In this document: one piece after another, positions 19,957 through 30,013 of the stretch
How the letters are laid out: each line of letters starts with the position of its first letter
How positions within the stretch are numbered: position 1 is the stretch's first letter
Notes under the pieces: generated by a model
What the model saw: the letters and a program-made list of their open reading frames with translations, nothing else
What the model was told of the DNA's origin: nothing
Database searches by the model: none
Translations under genes and position numbers: made by a program
NCBI GenBank assembly: GCA_964489445.1
Contig: CAZAYU010000003.1
Location: forward strand, 134,715 to 198,714
DNA from: an uncultured Planctomycetia bacterium
GTDB lineage: Bacteria; Omnitrophota; Gorgyraeia; Duberdicusellales; 4484-171
Direction: 5' to 3'
DNA length: 64,000 nt

Positions 19957-20744
19957 TGGTTTCTTCAATTGGTAGAATGATCATTAATTCTATTAAGGAG
20001 GCAGTCGGGCTAACTGCTCTTTTATTAGATATCGTTTATTGGATAGTTATTGCTCCGTTTTGTGGGAAGCTAATTCATGTTCGTACTGTTTTTTATCAAA
20101 TGATGTTTGTCGGTGTACGGTCAGCACTAATCGTTTTTTTCGTAACATTTTTTACAGGTATGGTGTTGGCAATGCAATCAGCATATCAACTAGAGCAAAT
20201 GGGAGCAACTATCTACGTGGCATCTTTAGTTGCTGTTTCTTTGTGCCGGGAACTAGGTCCGGTGTTGACAGCATTAGTTATTGCCGGAAGAGTAGGGTCA
20301 TCCATTGCTGCTGAGCTAGGGACAATGAAAGTAAGTGAGCAAATTGAGGCTTTAGAAATAATGGCAATTAATCCGGTTCGTTTTTTGGCGGCTCCGCGGT
20401 TTATTGCTCTTTTTTTTATGCAGCCTTGCCTTACAGTTTTAGGAAATATTGCCGGAATGTTCGGTGGATTTATTGTGGGCGTATATAGTTTAAATATTAA
20501 GCCAGAATTATATATTCAAACAGGATTTAAATTTTTAGCACTCAAAGATATTTACACTGGAGTTGCTAAATCGTTTGTGTTTGCTTTGATTATTGCGCTG
20601 GTTGGTTGCTATGAAGGTCTTAATACTAAAGGTGGGGCTGAAGGCGTTGGAAGAGCAACAACCCAGAGTGTTGTCTTGAGTTTTATTTTAATCATTCTCG
20701 CTGATTGTGTATTAACAGCAATATTTTATTTTTCTGGAGTATAG
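19956..20744 (+). CDS. mlaE: Mla/Ttg2-type ABC transporter permease
   Basis: Multipass membrane protein with the MlaE-like conserved 'ELGPVLTALVIAGRVGSSIAAELGTMKVSEQIEALE'. Confidence 0.85.
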   Translation: MVSSIGRMIINSIKEAVGLTALLLDIVYWIVIAPFCGKLIHVRTVFYQMMFVGVRSALIVFFVTFFTGMVLAMQSAYQLEQMGATIYVASLVAVSLCRELGPVLTALVIAGRVGSSIAAELGTMKVSEQIEALEIMAINPVRFLAAPRFIALFFMQPCLTVLGNIAGMFGGFIVGVYSLNIKPELYIQTGFKFLALKDIYTGVAKSFVFALIIALVGCYEGLNTKGGAEGVGRATTQSVVLSFILIILADCVLTAIFYFSGV

Positions 20745-20745
20745 C

Positions 20746-21549
20746 ATGGCAGGTAAAAAACAAGCGATAATTTCCTTAAAAAATGTAAGTAAGGTTTTCC
20801 AAAATAGAAAGGTTATTAATGATGTCAGCTTGGATATTTACAAGGGCGAAACCTTTGTTATTATGGGGTGTTCCGGTTCTGGAAAGAGCACGCTCTTAAG
20901 ATTAATGACCGGTGCTATAAAACCAGACAAAGGAGAAGTATTAGTTAACGGGGAGGATATTGCAAAAATATCTAACAGAAAATTAGACGAGGCAAGAAAA
21001 ACATTCGGGATGCTTTTTCAGTATTCAGCACTTCTTGATTCTTTAACGGTAGAAGAAAATGTTTCTTTGCCTTTGAAGGAGCATTCACGTCTTGCCGATC
21101 ATATTATAAAAATTATTGTCAGAATGAAGCTTTCGTTGGTCGGTCTTAAGGGGTACGAAAGCTATTATCCTTCTCAGATTTCGGGAGGAATGAAAAAAAG
21201 AGTTGGATTAGCTCGAGCTATAGCTCTAGATCCAGTAATAGTATTTTACGATGAGCCGACATCCGGGCTTGATCCGGTAGTTGGGGGAGTTACCGATAAA
21301 CTTATTAAAGATTTAAGCGAGAAACTTTTAATTACATCTGTAGTGGTTACTCATGATATGCAAAGCGTATTTAAAATTTCAGACAGGATTGCTATGATCC
21401 ACGAAGGTGCGTTAATTGAAACTGGTACGCTTAGTGAAATTAAAAAAAGCAAGAACCCCTATCTTAAACAATTTATCAGCGGTAATCATGAAGGGCCGAT
21501 AGATTTTTTTAAAGAAGAAATAGATATTAAGGAAATATTGAATATTTAG
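20746..21549 (+). CDS. mlaF: Mla-type ABC transporter ATP-binding protein
   Basis: Walker A 'GCSGSGKST', ABC signature 'QISGGMKKRVGLARA', Walker B 'VIFYDEPTSGLD'. Confidence 0.9.
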   Translation: MAGKKQAIISLKNVSKVFQNRKVINDVSLDIYKGETFVIMGCSGSGKSTLLRLMTGAIKPDKGEVLVNGEDIAKISNRKLDEARKTFGMLFQYSALLDSLTVEENVSLPLKEHSRLADHIIKIIVRMKLSLVGLKGYESYYPSQISGGMKKRVGLARAIALDPVIVFYDEPTSGLDPVVGGVTDKLIKDLSEKLLITSVVVTHDMQSVFKISDRIAMIHEGALIETGTLSEIKKSKNPYLKQFISGNHEGPIDFFKEEIDIKEILNI

Positions 21550-21622
21550 GTTTTAAGTAATAGTGGCATAGCAGGGTTAAAAAACGATAGGGAAATATAA
21601 TTTTGTTTTTAGGAGGTAATGT

Positions 21623-22264
21623 ATGAAAAAATACGGTAATGAATTTAAAGTGGGTTTATTTTTTTTAATTTGTGTCTTTGGTCTTGCAGCTATTACTATT
21701 AGAACTAACAAAGTAAATTTTAAAAAGAAAGGATACCATATTTATGTGATTTTTGAAGATATATCTGGATTGGAAAAAGAGGCTTCGGTGTTATTAAATG
21801 GAGTAGATGCGGGTAAGGTAGAAAACATAGAGTCAGTGTATATTGCCGATAAAACAAAAGTTAAGTTAACGGTCTATCTTAACAATGGGGTAGAAATCAG
21901 AGAGAATCCAAAAATTTCTATTAAGTCTATAGGATTTATGGGAGAACAATGCTTGCAAATAAGTTCTCTAGAAGGCAAAAAATTAGTTAATCCCGGCGCC
22001 CTTATCAAAGGAGAACCTTGCACGGATATAGGAACAATAATGAAGAATGTTGATAACTTGACTAAGCAGGTAAATGAATTAACGTCTAACTTGAATTATG
22101 TTGTTGAAGATAGCAAAAATACTATTTCCCAAATGGTGTTAAATTTAGAATCTGCTTCTAAAAATCTGGAAGAGTTTACCTTAGACATTAAAAAGCATCC
22201 CTGGAAATTGCTATACAAGAATAAAGAAGAAAAGGAAAAAGAAAAATCTCCAAAAGATACATAG
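21623..22264 (+). CDS. mlaD: MCE-domain substrate-binding protein
   Basis: N-terminal TM helix followed by an MCE domain ('YHIYVIFEDISGLEKEASVLLNGVDAGKV'), downstream of mlaEF. Confidence 0.8.
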   Translation: MKKYGNEFKVGLFFLICVFGLAAITIRTNKVNFKKKGYHIYVIFEDISGLEKEASVLLNGVDAGKVENIESVYIADKTKVKLTVYLNNGVEIRENPKISIKSIGFMGEQCLQISSLEGKKLVNPGALIKGEPCTDIGTIMKNVDNLTKQVNELTSNLNYVVEDSKNTISQMVLNLESASKNLEEFTLDIKKHPWKLLYKNKEEKEKEKSPKDT

Positions 22265-22300
22265 ATAGTTATTCCTTAAGGAAGCAACTATAGATAAAAA

Positions 22301-22876
22301 TTAATATTTTATAAGCATTTCTTTTAGTTCTTGAGAATTTAAACAAGCAATTCCTAATTTTTGGGCCCATTTTATTAAGCCATTGTCAGAGGTAGAAAGA
22401 TAAGCATTTAATTCTTTAGCTAATAAAATTAGGTCAAAATCTTCTTTGCTGTCGATTGTTCCTTCACGCAAAGCTATTCGGTATTCATGTCTTAAAGTTT
22501 TGATGATTTCTTTTTCTTCTTTTTTTTCTGTGTTTAATCCTTTTCGGTTATATTTTTCAGCGATTCGCAAACCTTTATTAATTCGCATACGCATTTCCTC
22601 AATAAGCTCATAAACAAACAAAGCGGGAATTGAAGACTGATAAGAGGAGGGGGGGCGCTTGTCAAGCAGAATAGTTTTTTTTACCGGAAGTGTATCCTCG
22701 ATAAATTTCATTAATTCTGTGTATACCGAAGGAGGAATATGGCATGAAATATGTTGTTTCTCGCTTAGCTGGTCTAAAAAACTTTCTAAAGCGTTTCTCG
22801 GAGTGTTTCCAAACACAAAACGAGAGTCAGGGTTTACAAAAAGGCTAGTGTCTAAAACAATTTTTATTTTATCCAT
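22301..22876 (-). CDS. PIN-domain protein (putative ribonuclease)
   Basis: 'IVLDTSLF' N-terminal PIN acidic motif and a C-terminal 'LSTSDNGL' motif. Isolated minus-strand gene. Confidence 0.5.
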   Translation of the reverse strand: MDKIKIVLDTSLFVNPDSRFVFGNTPRNALESFLDQLSEKQHISCHIPPSVYTELMKFIEDTLPVKKTILLDKRPPSSYQSSIPALFVYELIEEMRMRINKGLRIAEKYNRKGLNTEKKEEKEIIKTLRHEYRIALREGTIDSKEDFDLILLAKELNAYLSTSDNGLIKWAQKLGIACLNSQELKEMLIKY

Positions 22877-23063
22877 AATTTAATATTGTAGCTAAATGTA
22901 TTTAAAAGTAAACATTAATTTAATAATACGTATTATTAAAAATAAGGCATATTGTAGTTTGAAGATGTAGGGAGCTAAATAAAATTTACCAAAAAAATAC
23001 TTGATTAAGTACTTTTATATTGTTAAACTTATATTAAATAATAACTCTAGCAAGGAGGTCAAA

Positions 23064-23963
23064 ATGAAACAGTATCAAAGTATCATTGTTGTAAGTGTTG
23101 TCTGTTTATTTTTATTGTCTGGCTGTGACAGTGTAGAGAAAATATTAAAACCAAAGAAAGAAACGGTTATCAACAATACAAAAGGAATAGAAGGCCCACT
23201 TCTTGCTCAAGTTAATAATTGGAAAATTGGCTTAGGAGATTTTGAGAAAAGATTGCAAACCTTAGAGCCTTTAGCGAAACAGCAAAATTTAGATGTTAAT
23301 GATTATGAATTTAAAAAGCGTGTTCTTGATGAATTAGTGAAGGCGGTGCTTTTGTCCGAAGAGGCAAAGTCTCAAGGGTTTGATAAAAAAAGTGATGTGC
23401 AAGAGGCTCTAGAAGGGTACAAGCAAACTCTTTTAGCGCAGAGTCTTATAGCGGATACTGTAAAAAATATGGATGTAACTGATGTGGAAATTACGAATTT
23501 TTATTCGCAAAACAAAGATTATTTCAAAAGCCCCGAAGAAGTTAGAGTTAAAGAAATAGCAGTTAACAGTGACTCGGAAGCCAAGGACCTATATATTCGA
23601 ATCCTTCAAGGTGAAGATTTCTCTCTTTTAGCTAGCCAGCACTCCGTATCTTCCTCCAAGGACAATGGGGGTGACCTGGGATATATTGTTTATGACGAAA
23701 AGGAAAAATTTTATAAGTTTTGGGAAATAGTGACCGCTTTAGAAAAAGGAGAGATATCCAGTATATTTAAAGGTGAGGATAAGAACTACTATATCGTAAA
23801 ATTAGAAGATAGAAAAGAAGGTAAAGCTACTCCACTTGTTGAGATAAAGGAAGAAATTCGTAGAGTCTTAAAGATTGATAAAGAAAATAAAGGAATTGAT
23901 AATTTAGTTAATACGTCTAAGCAAAATGCCAAAGTTATTATTAATGAAGACTTATTGCAATAA
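23064..23963 (+). CDS. Parvulin-type peptidyl-prolyl cis-trans isomerase (SurA/PrsA-like) with signal peptide/lipobox
   Basis: AAGGAGG SD. Signal 'VVSVVCLFLLSGC'. Parvulin motif 'VRVKEIAVNSDSEAKDL...GGDLGYIV'. Confidence 0.75.
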   Translation: MKQYQSIIVVSVVCLFLLSGCDSVEKILKPKKETVINNTKGIEGPLLAQVNNWKIGLGDFEKRLQTLEPLAKQQNLDVNDYEFKKRVLDELVKAVLLSEEAKSQGFDKKSDVQEALEGYKQTLLAQSLIADTVKNMDVTDVEITNFYSQNKDYFKSPEEVRVKEIAVNSDSEAKDLYIRILQGEDFSLLASQHSVSSSKDNGGDLGYIVYDEKEKFYKFWEIVTALEKGEISSIFKGEDKNYYIVKLEDRKEGKATPLVEIKEEIRRVLKIDKENKGIDNLVNTSKQNAKVIINEDLLQ

Positions 23964-24017
23964 GTCAATTGTGGATTTAGATGGTAGTATTTATTATCAA
24001 TCAATAATTTTAGTAAA

Positions 24018-24932
24018 GTGAAAAAGGCAATACTAAAAATTTGTGTTTTATCCATTTTACTTGTTTTTTCTTTTATTGGATGTGATAATTTTTCTTTTTT
24101 TGACAAATCAGTTAAAAAAAATCCCAAAAATGACCTAGAAAGGCCTTTTGTTAATGGTATTATAATCGCTAAAGTTAACGGGTATCCAATAACTTTAGAG
24201 GATTTAGATGAAGAAATCGAACGATATAATGCCGAAATTCCTTTAGAGCAACAGGAATCAAAAATAACTACCTCTGAGGAAAAGCTTAATTATCTTAAGA
24301 ATGAACTTGTCCAGCGGGTTCTTTTGTATAAGGAAGCCTTAAACAGAGGATTAGATCGTATGCCGGAAGTTCGTAAAGTTATTGAAAAAACTAAAATGCA
24401 AATGTTGGTTTTTCAGCTGATGCAAGAAGAGATGGAAAAAATAAGTGTCAGTTTTGGTGAGATTGAGGAATATTACAACAAATTGCCGGATGAATATAAA
24501 AAAGAGGCGGAGCAGAGAAGAGTAAAAGAAATTGTCGTAAAAAGTCAATCTCAAGCAAAGGATTTATTGATTAAATTATTACAGGGAAATGATTTTTCGT
24601 TTTTAGCTCAGCAGTATTCCATTGTCGATAGCGCTAAAAATGGAGGAGATTTAGGTATAATCAAGCCGGGGGATAAATCTAAAGAATTTGATGAAATAGT
24701 TTTTTCTGAAATGTTAGATGTTGGGCAGGCAAGTAATTTTTTTAAAGGACCCGAAGGATATTATATTGTTAAGATTGAATCTAAGTTAGGGGGAAAACGA
24801 AGAACTCTTAGCGACATGCGGGATGATCTTAAAACTCTTTTAACTATATCTAAACGGCAAAAAATGATAAATGATTTGGTAGGTAATTTATCACGTAATT
24901 CAGTTATTGAAATAGAAGCAGATAGAATTTAA
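24018..24932 (+). CDS. Parvulin-type peptidyl-prolyl cis-trans isomerase, paralog
   Basis: GTG start. Signal/lipobox 'FSFIGC'. Parvulin 'RRVKEIVVKSQSQAKDLL...GGDLGII'. Confidence 0.75.
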   Translation: MKKAILKICVLSILLVFSFIGCDNFSFFDKSVKKNPKNDLERPFVNGIIIAKVNGYPITLEDLDEEIERYNAEIPLEQQESKITTSEEKLNYLKNELVQRVLLYKEALNRGLDRMPEVRKVIEKTKMQMLVFQLMQEEMEKISVSFGEIEEYYNKLPDEYKKEAEQRRVKEIVVKSQSQAKDLLIKLLQGNDFSFLAQQYSIVDSAKNGGDLGIIKPGDKSKEFDEIVFSEMLDVGQASNFFKGPEGYYIVKIESKLGGKRRTLSDMRDDLKTLLTISKRQKMINDLVGNLSRNSVIEIEADRI

Positions 24933-24934
24933 AT

Positions 24935-25855
24935 ATGGAAAAAAAGAAAATCAGTTTAATCATTGGGGTAGTTTTGAGCATTATGGCAATAGTATTTCTT
25001 AACCTATATTTAAGAGGTGAACGCCAAAAAAATGTTAAGGAGTTAGAAAAAGCATTTGTAGAAAAGTACAAAGATTTAGTTACTGTATTCATTGCGGATG
25101 AGGACATAGAGAAAGGTTCTATTTTAAATGCAAATGTACTGAGTACAAAAATAATTCCGAATAAATATGTTGAGCCGCAGGCGGTTACTTCTTTAGCTAA
25201 AGCCGTTGGGATGAAAGCAGCGGTTCCGATTAAAAAAGAAGAACAAATTACCCTAAGTAAATTAATAAATACAAAAACAACTATGGCTAGATCTTTAGCA
25301 ATGGCAACCCCAGTAGGAAAAAGAGCAATAACTATAAGCGTAGATAGCATAATGGGATTAGCAGGAATGATTGTCCCGGGGGATTACGTTGATGTTATTG
25401 CTTTATTGCCTACCCCTACACAGGGTGCTGATGGAACTCAGACTGTACAAATGGTTAATATTCCTATTTTCCAAAATGTGTTAGTGATTGCGGTAGGCGG
25501 GCAATTGGCAGCTAGACAGGATCAAGGGCAATCATCTTCAGGGTGGGGCTGGGGAGTCCAAAAAAGAACTAGTGAAAAAATTGCGCCATCTCCATTAATT
25601 ACATTAGCGTTAAGTTCACAAGATGCCAGCTTACTTTCTTTTGTTAATGAGCAAGGAAGATTGAGGTTAGTTATTCGCTCTCCTGCTGATGCCAAAATAG
25701 AGCAGATTTCGCCGGCAAGCTGGGAAACTCTTTTTAGCTATATAAATTCACTTATTCCTTCTCAAGATATTAAAGATAAGCATACACCGGTTAAAGCTAA
25801 AAGCGTAGAAATTTATCGGGGGGAAAATAGAGATTCAGTTTATATATCAGAGTGA
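24935..25855 (+). CDS. cpaB: Flp pilus assembly protein CpaB/RcpC
   Basis: N-terminal TM followed by a SAF-like/CpaB domain, directly upstream of the secretin. Confidence 0.75.
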   Translation: MEKKKISLIIGVVLSIMAIVFLNLYLRGERQKNVKELEKAFVEKYKDLVTVFIADEDIEKGSILNANVLSTKIIPNKYVEPQAVTSLAKAVGMKAAVPIKKEEQITLSKLINTKTTMARSLAMATPVGKRAITISVDSIMGLAGMIVPGDYVDVIALLPTPTQGADGTQTVQMVNIPIFQNVLVIAVGGQLAARQDQGQSSSGWGWGVQKRTSEKIAPSPLITLALSSQDASLLSFVNEQGRLRLVIRSPADAKIEQISPASWETLFSYINSLIPSQDIKDKHTPVKAKSVEIYRGENRDSVYISE

Positions 25856-27465
25856 TGAAAAAGATTAATATTTTTATTATTATTTTTTTGCTGATTGTTT
25901 GCTTACCGTTAATAGGCTTTTCTTTGTCTGAACGAGAAGAAATTGTTATTTACCAGGGGCAGATGGAATCTGTTTCTGTTTCTGTTCCGGAAAGGATTGT
26001 TATCGATAAGCCGGAAGTAGTTGATGTGATAAGGGTTGGTAATAACGAAATGCTTTTAAGTGGAAAACAAAAAGGGGAGGCTAAGATTAGTTGGAAGGAT
26101 AATCTTGGTGAGCATAATCTTGATGTTAAAGTTTTAGCCGAAGATGTGGAGAAAATAAAAAAGCGGATTGATGATATTCTAAAAAAAATTGGATCTTCGA
26201 ATATTAAGACGAAAACTATGGAGAATGAGGAAAAGGTTTTTCTTTTGGGTGATGTTAAAGATGAGGTGGATATAGAAAGAATTTTTTTAGCGTTGGGAGA
26301 TTTAAAGGATAAGACAGTTAACCTTGTACAAATAAAACCAGAGGACGCAATGGTTGAGATTTCTGTTCAAATTCTTGAATTTCAAAAAGGAAAAGGAAGA
26401 AACTTAGGGTTTGAACTTCCCAGCTCGATAACTTTTAGTGAAATAAATTCTTCTCTTGGCACATCAGGGCTACCTTTTGGCGGACTTTTTCCGATTAGGT
26501 CATGGGATCGAGATAAGTTCTCTGGAACTTTGAGGTTATTAATTAACGAAGGGAAGGCTAAGGTGCTTTCTCGGCCACGGCTTGCTTGTCGTAGTGGTAA
26601 AGAAGCTGAGCTTTTAGTAGGAGGAGAAATTCCGATAATGACCACCGAGGCTTCCGGTAGCAGTGAAACTCCGGGTACTAATATTGAATATAAAGAATAC
26701 GGGATTAAGTTAAAAATAAGTCCGCAAGTAGTTGACGGTGATAAGATAGATATTTTACTTTCTGTGGAGGTAACAGAGGTTGATGAAGCTGGCCTTCAAC
26801 AGCTGGGAGGCAGTGACAATATAACTGCATCAGCTTATCCGTTTACTAAAAGAAATGTTACTACGGAGCTTTCTTTAAGAAATAACGAAATTTTAGCTAT
26901 TGGTGGATTGATTAAACAGAAAACTCAAGAGGATTTAAAAAAATTTCCTTGGTTAGCTGATATCCCGATTTTAGGTGCCTTCTTTAGGAGTAAAAATGTT
27001 ACTCAAGGCGGGGGAGCTGACGAGAAGGGCGATACTGAATTATTCATTACTCTTTCTCCCAAGATAATTTATCGGGATGGTCAAGATAACCAAAAAAAAA
27101 TAAAAGAATCGTTTCGGGAAGAAACATTAGAGAAAAAAATCAGTCGTTACCACGATAGATCTCATATCCCAGATGAACTACAAAGTTATGTGTTAGCAGT
27201 TAAAAAGATGATATTAAGGGATATTTCTTATCCAGAAGTAGCTTCAAGTAGTGGTTGGGAAGGGAGCTTGCTGATTTCTTTAAAAATTTCTTCCGATGGA
27301 AAACTTAAACAGGCGAAAATTGCTGAGTCTTCGGGAAATAAGATATTTGACCAAGATGCTTTAAATGTGGCTAAAGCAGTAAAATACCCCCCCTTTTATT
27401 ACTATAAGATAAGTCTAGAAGAGATAAACTTAGAAATACCTATAGTGTACAAGCCTACGAAATAA
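25852..27465 (+). CDS. cpaC: Tad-type secretin (CpaC/RcpA) fused to a C-terminal TonB_C-like domain
   Basis: Secretin domain 'VLSRPRLACRSGKEAELLVGGEIPI...LAIGGLIKQKTQEDLKKFPWLADIPILGAFF'. C-terminal ~90 aa 'DISYPEVASSSGWEGSLLISLKISSDGKL...SSGNKIFDQDALNVAKAVKYPP' resembles the TonB C-terminal domain. Confidence 0.82.
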   Translation: MMKKINIFIIIFLLIVCLPLIGFSLSEREEIVIYQGQMESVSVSVPERIVIDKPEVVDVIRVGNNEMLLSGKQKGEAKISWKDNLGEHNLDVKVLAEDVEKIKKRIDDILKKIGSSNIKTKTMENEEKVFLLGDVKDEVDIERIFLALGDLKDKTVNLVQIKPEDAMVEISVQILEFQKGKGRNLGFELPSSITFSEINSSLGTSGLPFGGLFPIRSWDRDKFSGTLRLLINEGKAKVLSRPRLACRSGKEAELLVGGEIPIMTTEASGSSETPGTNIEYKEYGIKLKISPQVVDGDKIDILLSVEVTEVDEAGLQQLGGSDNITASAYPFTKRNVTTELSLRNNEILAIGGLIKQKTQEDLKKFPWLADIPILGAFFRSKNVTQGGGADEKGDTELFITLSPKIIYRDGQDNQKKIKESFREETLEKKISRYHDRSHIPDELQSYVLAVKKMILRDISYPEVASSSGWEGSLLISLKISSDGKLKQAKIAESSGNKIFDQDALNVAKAVKYPPFYYYKISLEEINLEIPIVYKPTK

Positions 27466-27467
27466 AC

Positions 27468-29639
27468 ATGACAAAAACAATTGCAATTTATAGCACAAAA
27501 GGCGGTGTAGGTAAGACTACGGTGTCTGTAAATACTGCTTTAAGTCTTTCTTTGAAAAAAAAGAAAGTACTGCTTTTAGATTTAGACTTGGGAGCCCCTT
27601 TGGATATTGCAAAAATGTGTGGCGTTAAGCCTAAAAAGGGAATGGTTGATCTTTTATCAGTTTGGGATAAGGTGAAAAATGATGAAGAAGCCTTAAGGGT
27701 AACTTTTTTTACTCAAATTAATCCTTATTTTCATTTTTTACCGGCGGCAATATCTTCAAGAGCAGTAGCTCATTTAAATGCTGAGTCTATAAGGGGCATA
27801 TTAAAAGCTCTTAAATCTTTCAGTTATGAGTACATCATCATTGATGGAGGATTGAATCTTACTGATATTTTAATCGAGATATTTGATTCTGCTAATGTAA
27901 TTTCTTTAGTGCTTACTCCAGATATTCTTTCATTGTATCAAACAGAATGGATATTAGATACTCTTCAAAGTTTAGGTTTTCCTTTAAGTATGATAAAAGC
28001 AGTGATTAACCGTTCAGAAAGTAAAGGTAGCGTAAGTGCTTTTGAGATTAAACTTCTTTTGCCTATAGAGATTATTTGTACTATTCCTTCTGATGGAAAA
28101 ACTGTGGGCATGGCTTTAAATAGAGGAATTCCTGTAGTTTTGGATTCACCACATAGTCGAATTAGTTTGGCAATAGGTTCTTTAAGTGACGTAATCATCA
28201 AGAGAGAGGACATGTATATATCCCATAAAGATCTGTCTAGCTTAAGGATAAAAGATAGTGCTATTAAAGAAGACACTAAAACTGATCTATGGAGCCGGTT
28301 GGGATTAATGGAACCGTTAAGAGAGGTAAAAATACAAAGAGAAGAGGATATTATTATTGATTTAAAAAAGAAATTACATTCTCAGCTAATAAAAGAAATG
28401 AATCTAAAACGAATGGCGGTTGGCATGATGAATGCAAATGTCGAACAGGCAAGAAAATTAAGGCAAGATGCGGAAAAGATTTTAAGTAATATTTTAGCAA
28501 AAGAAACTGGCGGATTTATTTCTTCTTATGAGGTTAGGCAGAAATTAATTAATGAGATTGTTGATGAAAGCCTGGGTTTGGGTCCTCTAGAGGAATTAAT
28601 AGCTGATCCTCAAATTACAGAAATAATGGTTAATAATAAAAATAGAATTTATGTAGAAAAAAAGGGAAAGATTTATTCTACTAGTAAAAGATTTACTTCT
28701 AATACCCAAGTGCGTACAGTTATTGAAAGAATTTTGGCACCTTTAGGAAAAAGAATTGATGAATCTTCTCCTTATGTTGACGCTCGTCTTCCCGATGGCT
28801 CAAGAGTAAATGCAATAATTCCACCCTTAAGTTTAACAGGGCCGACCTTAACTATAAGGAAATTTGCCAAACAAAGGCTCGGAATAAATGAGTTAGTGAC
28901 AGATTACAATAGCTTAAGTCAAGAAATGGCTACTTTTTTAAAAGCGTGTGTGACTTCACGAAAAAATATTTTGGTAACCGGAGGAACGGGGTCTGGGAAA
29001 ACTACTTTTCTTAATATTCTATCCGAGTTTATTCCTGATCGTGAAAGAATTATTACTGTTGAGGATTCAGCTGAGCTGAAACTTCACCATCATCATTGGA
29101 TAAGGCTAGAGTCAAAACCACCAAATATTGAAGGTAAAGGGCAAATTACAATAAGAGATTTATTTAAAAACACTTTACGCATGCGGCCGGATAGAATTGT
29201 GGTTGGTGAATGCCGGGGTGGGGAAGTTTTAGATATGCTCCAGGCTATGAATACTGGCCATGATGGAAGCATGTCTACGATTCATGCTAATTCTACTCAT
29301 GATGTATTAATGAGGCTGGATAGCATGATTTTAATGAGTGGTATAGAGCTTCCGATACGCGCGATTAGGGAGATGATTTCTTCGGCTTTAGATTTAATTG
29401 TCCATACAGCTCGCTTAAGTGATGGAACAAGAAAGGTTATCCAGATTACTGAAGTTGGCGAAATGGTTGGTGAAACGAACGTGGATCTCAAAGATATATT
29501 TGCTTTTAGACAAAAAGGTATAGATAATGATGGTGTTGTAAACGGTTCTTTTTATCCCACCGAGTATATTCCTTCTTTTTATGAGGAAATCTGTGTGAAA
29601 GGCATTGATTTGCCTAAAGAAACATTTCAGAAAAAATAA
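27468..29639 (+). CDS. Fusion of CpaE/TadZ (ParA/MinD-like ATPase) and CpaF/TadA (secretion ATPase)
   Basis: N-terminal 'IAIYSTKGGVGKTTVS' deviant Walker A. C-terminal half has Walker A 'GGTGSGKTT', 'VGECRGGEVLDMLQAMNTGHDGSMSTIHANS' (VirB11/CpaF family). Confidence 0.85.
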   Translation: MTKTIAIYSTKGGVGKTTVSVNTALSLSLKKKKVLLLDLDLGAPLDIAKMCGVKPKKGMVDLLSVWDKVKNDEEALRVTFFTQINPYFHFLPAAISSRAVAHLNAESIRGILKALKSFSYEYIIIDGGLNLTDILIEIFDSANVISLVLTPDILSLYQTEWILDTLQSLGFPLSMIKAVINRSESKGSVSAFEIKLLLPIEIICTIPSDGKTVGMALNRGIPVVLDSPHSRISLAIGSLSDVIIKREDMYISHKDLSSLRIKDSAIKEDTKTDLWSRLGLMEPLREVKIQREEDIIIDLKKKLHSQLIKEMNLKRMAVGMMNANVEQARKLRQDAEKILSNILAKETGGFISSYEVRQKLINEIVDESLGLGPLEELIADPQITEIMVNNKNRIYVEKKGKIYSTSKRFTSNTQVRTVIERILAPLGKRIDESSPYVDARLPDGSRVNAIIPPLSLTGPTLTIRKFAKQRLGINELVTDYNSLSQEMATFLKACVTSRKNILVTGGTGSGKTTFLNILSEFIPDRERIITVEDSAELKLHHHHWIRLESKPPNIEGKGQITIRDLFKNTLRMRPDRIVVGECRGGEVLDMLQAMNTGHDGSMSTIHANSTHDVLMRLDSMILMSGIELPIRAIREMISSALDLIVHTARLSDGTRKVIQITEVGEMVGETNVDLKDIFAFRQKGIDNDGVVNGSFYPTEYIPSFYEEICVKGIDLPKETFQKK

Positions 29640-29780
29640 TAACTACGATTGTTTGTAAGTAGTTGTCCTCCAGCAGTCTATAGAATATTTTTAATTATTT
29701 ACCTTGTTTTAAACATTGAAACTTTAAAAAATCAGGCACTTATTATTATGAAAGCGTTTTCAAAAAATTGCTTTTTTGAA

Positions 29781-29810
29781 TTGTTTTTTTAATAATTTAT
29801 ATGTTATACT
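29781..29810 (+). promoter_or_regulatory. Putative sigma70-like promoter (-35 TTGTTT, extended -10 TGtTATACT), copy A
   Basis: The sequence 'ttgtttttttaataatttatatgttatact' is nearly identical to 'ttgtttttttcttcatatatatgttatatt' at 41206-41236. Confidence 0.5.
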
Positions 29811-29814
29811 TTAA

Positions 29815-29905
29815 GCGTCACCTAAGGGAGGCGACGAAAAAGGCAATTTGCTGGAGTTTTGTAAAAAGCGAAGGCGAAGCGCAAAGCCACGGGTTCCAAA
29901 AAGTT
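29815..29905 (+). ncRNA. c-di-GMP-I (GEMM)-like riboswitch/leader, copy A (tentative)
   Basis: Conserved core 'GCGCAAAGCCACGGgtTCCAAAAA' is shared with copy B and resembles the Vc2 riboswitch junction 'GACGCAAAGCCUCCGG'. Upstream 'taaggg' plus hairpin. Followed by an intrinsic terminator. Confidence 0.4.
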
Positions 29906-29973
29906 AAGAGTTCAAAAGTCATAGTTTATATTTTGGACAAAATGTAAATTAGAGTTTGAACTAAATAGGAAAT

Positions 29974-30013
29974 AGCCGGGCTGCCGTCAGAAAAAGGCAG
30001 TCCGGTTTTTTTA
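29974..30013 (+). terminator. Intrinsic terminator / attenuator hairpin directly upstream of the first flp gene
   Basis: 'CCGGGCTGCC gtcagaaaaa GGCAGTCCGG' is a 10-bp stem (one G.U) followed by TTTTTTT. The ATG of the pilin gene lies 7 nt downstream. Confidence 0.6.
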
